Shown here piece after piece: positions 63,913-64,000 of a stretch of 64,000 nucleotides of DNA. Where the stretch lies: positions 13,021,834 through 13,085,833 of the forward strand of contig CM082579.2 in NCBI GenBank assembly GCA_040954595.2, in the 5' to 3' direction. The position numbers and the translations under genes were made by a program. The notes under the pieces are model-generated. The model was not told the origin of the DNA. It did not search any database and worked only from the letters and a program-made list of their open reading frames with translations. Each line of letters starts with the position of its first letter. The stretch's first letter is position 1. This DNA is from Balanoglossus misakiensis (Eukaryota; Animalia; Hemichordata).

Positions 63913-64000
63913 AGTCTGCACAGGGCGTTGCAAGTGCGTGTTACAGTATGATGGGCAGGAGCAGCTGCTGTTCAACTTAAACAATAAAGAACTGTTTTGT
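63913..64000 (+). CDS. Partial exon, CxC5-like cysteine cluster of KDZ-transposase-associated / HMGXB3-like proteins (runs off the window)
   Basis: TTTGTTACAG acceptor, then open phase-2 frame VCTGRCKCVLQYDGQEQLLFNLNNKELFC, resembling the CxC..YDGxxxxLFNLxN motif (recalled from family knowledge, not searched). Confidence 0.5.

Overview
AT-rich, repeat-dense eukaryotic DNA, most consistent with an invertebrate animal genome (inferred from spliceosomal signals and the TE families present). I can support no intact protein-coding gene, and nearly all ORFs in the track come from repeats or chance. Mobile elements: a decayed Rex/Babar-type LINE interrupted by a Kolobok-type MITE; many DNA-transposon MITEs and foldbacks (P-like, Kolobok-like, PIF/Harbinger-like, TTAA-flanked); a non-autonomous piggyBac relic with intact ends inserted in a 90-bp satellite, with the empty paralogous site nearby; a Gypsy-type solo LTR and a separate decayed Gypsy pol remnant. 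Tandem repeats: a near-perfect 4 x 3.5-kb array plus 50-, 60- and ~92-bp minisatellites. A probable CxC5/KDZ-transposase-like exon lies at the window end. The least-explained structures are (i) six paralogous small exon cassettes with conserved branch point, acceptor and donor but no shared reading frame, downstream of a duplicated hairpin/CCAAT module (a candidate modular lncRNA), and (ii) a 166-nt hairpin whose mismatches are mostly G.T wobbles and tandem G.A pairs, suggesting selection on a single-stranded fold. All analysis was by eye and no searches were run.
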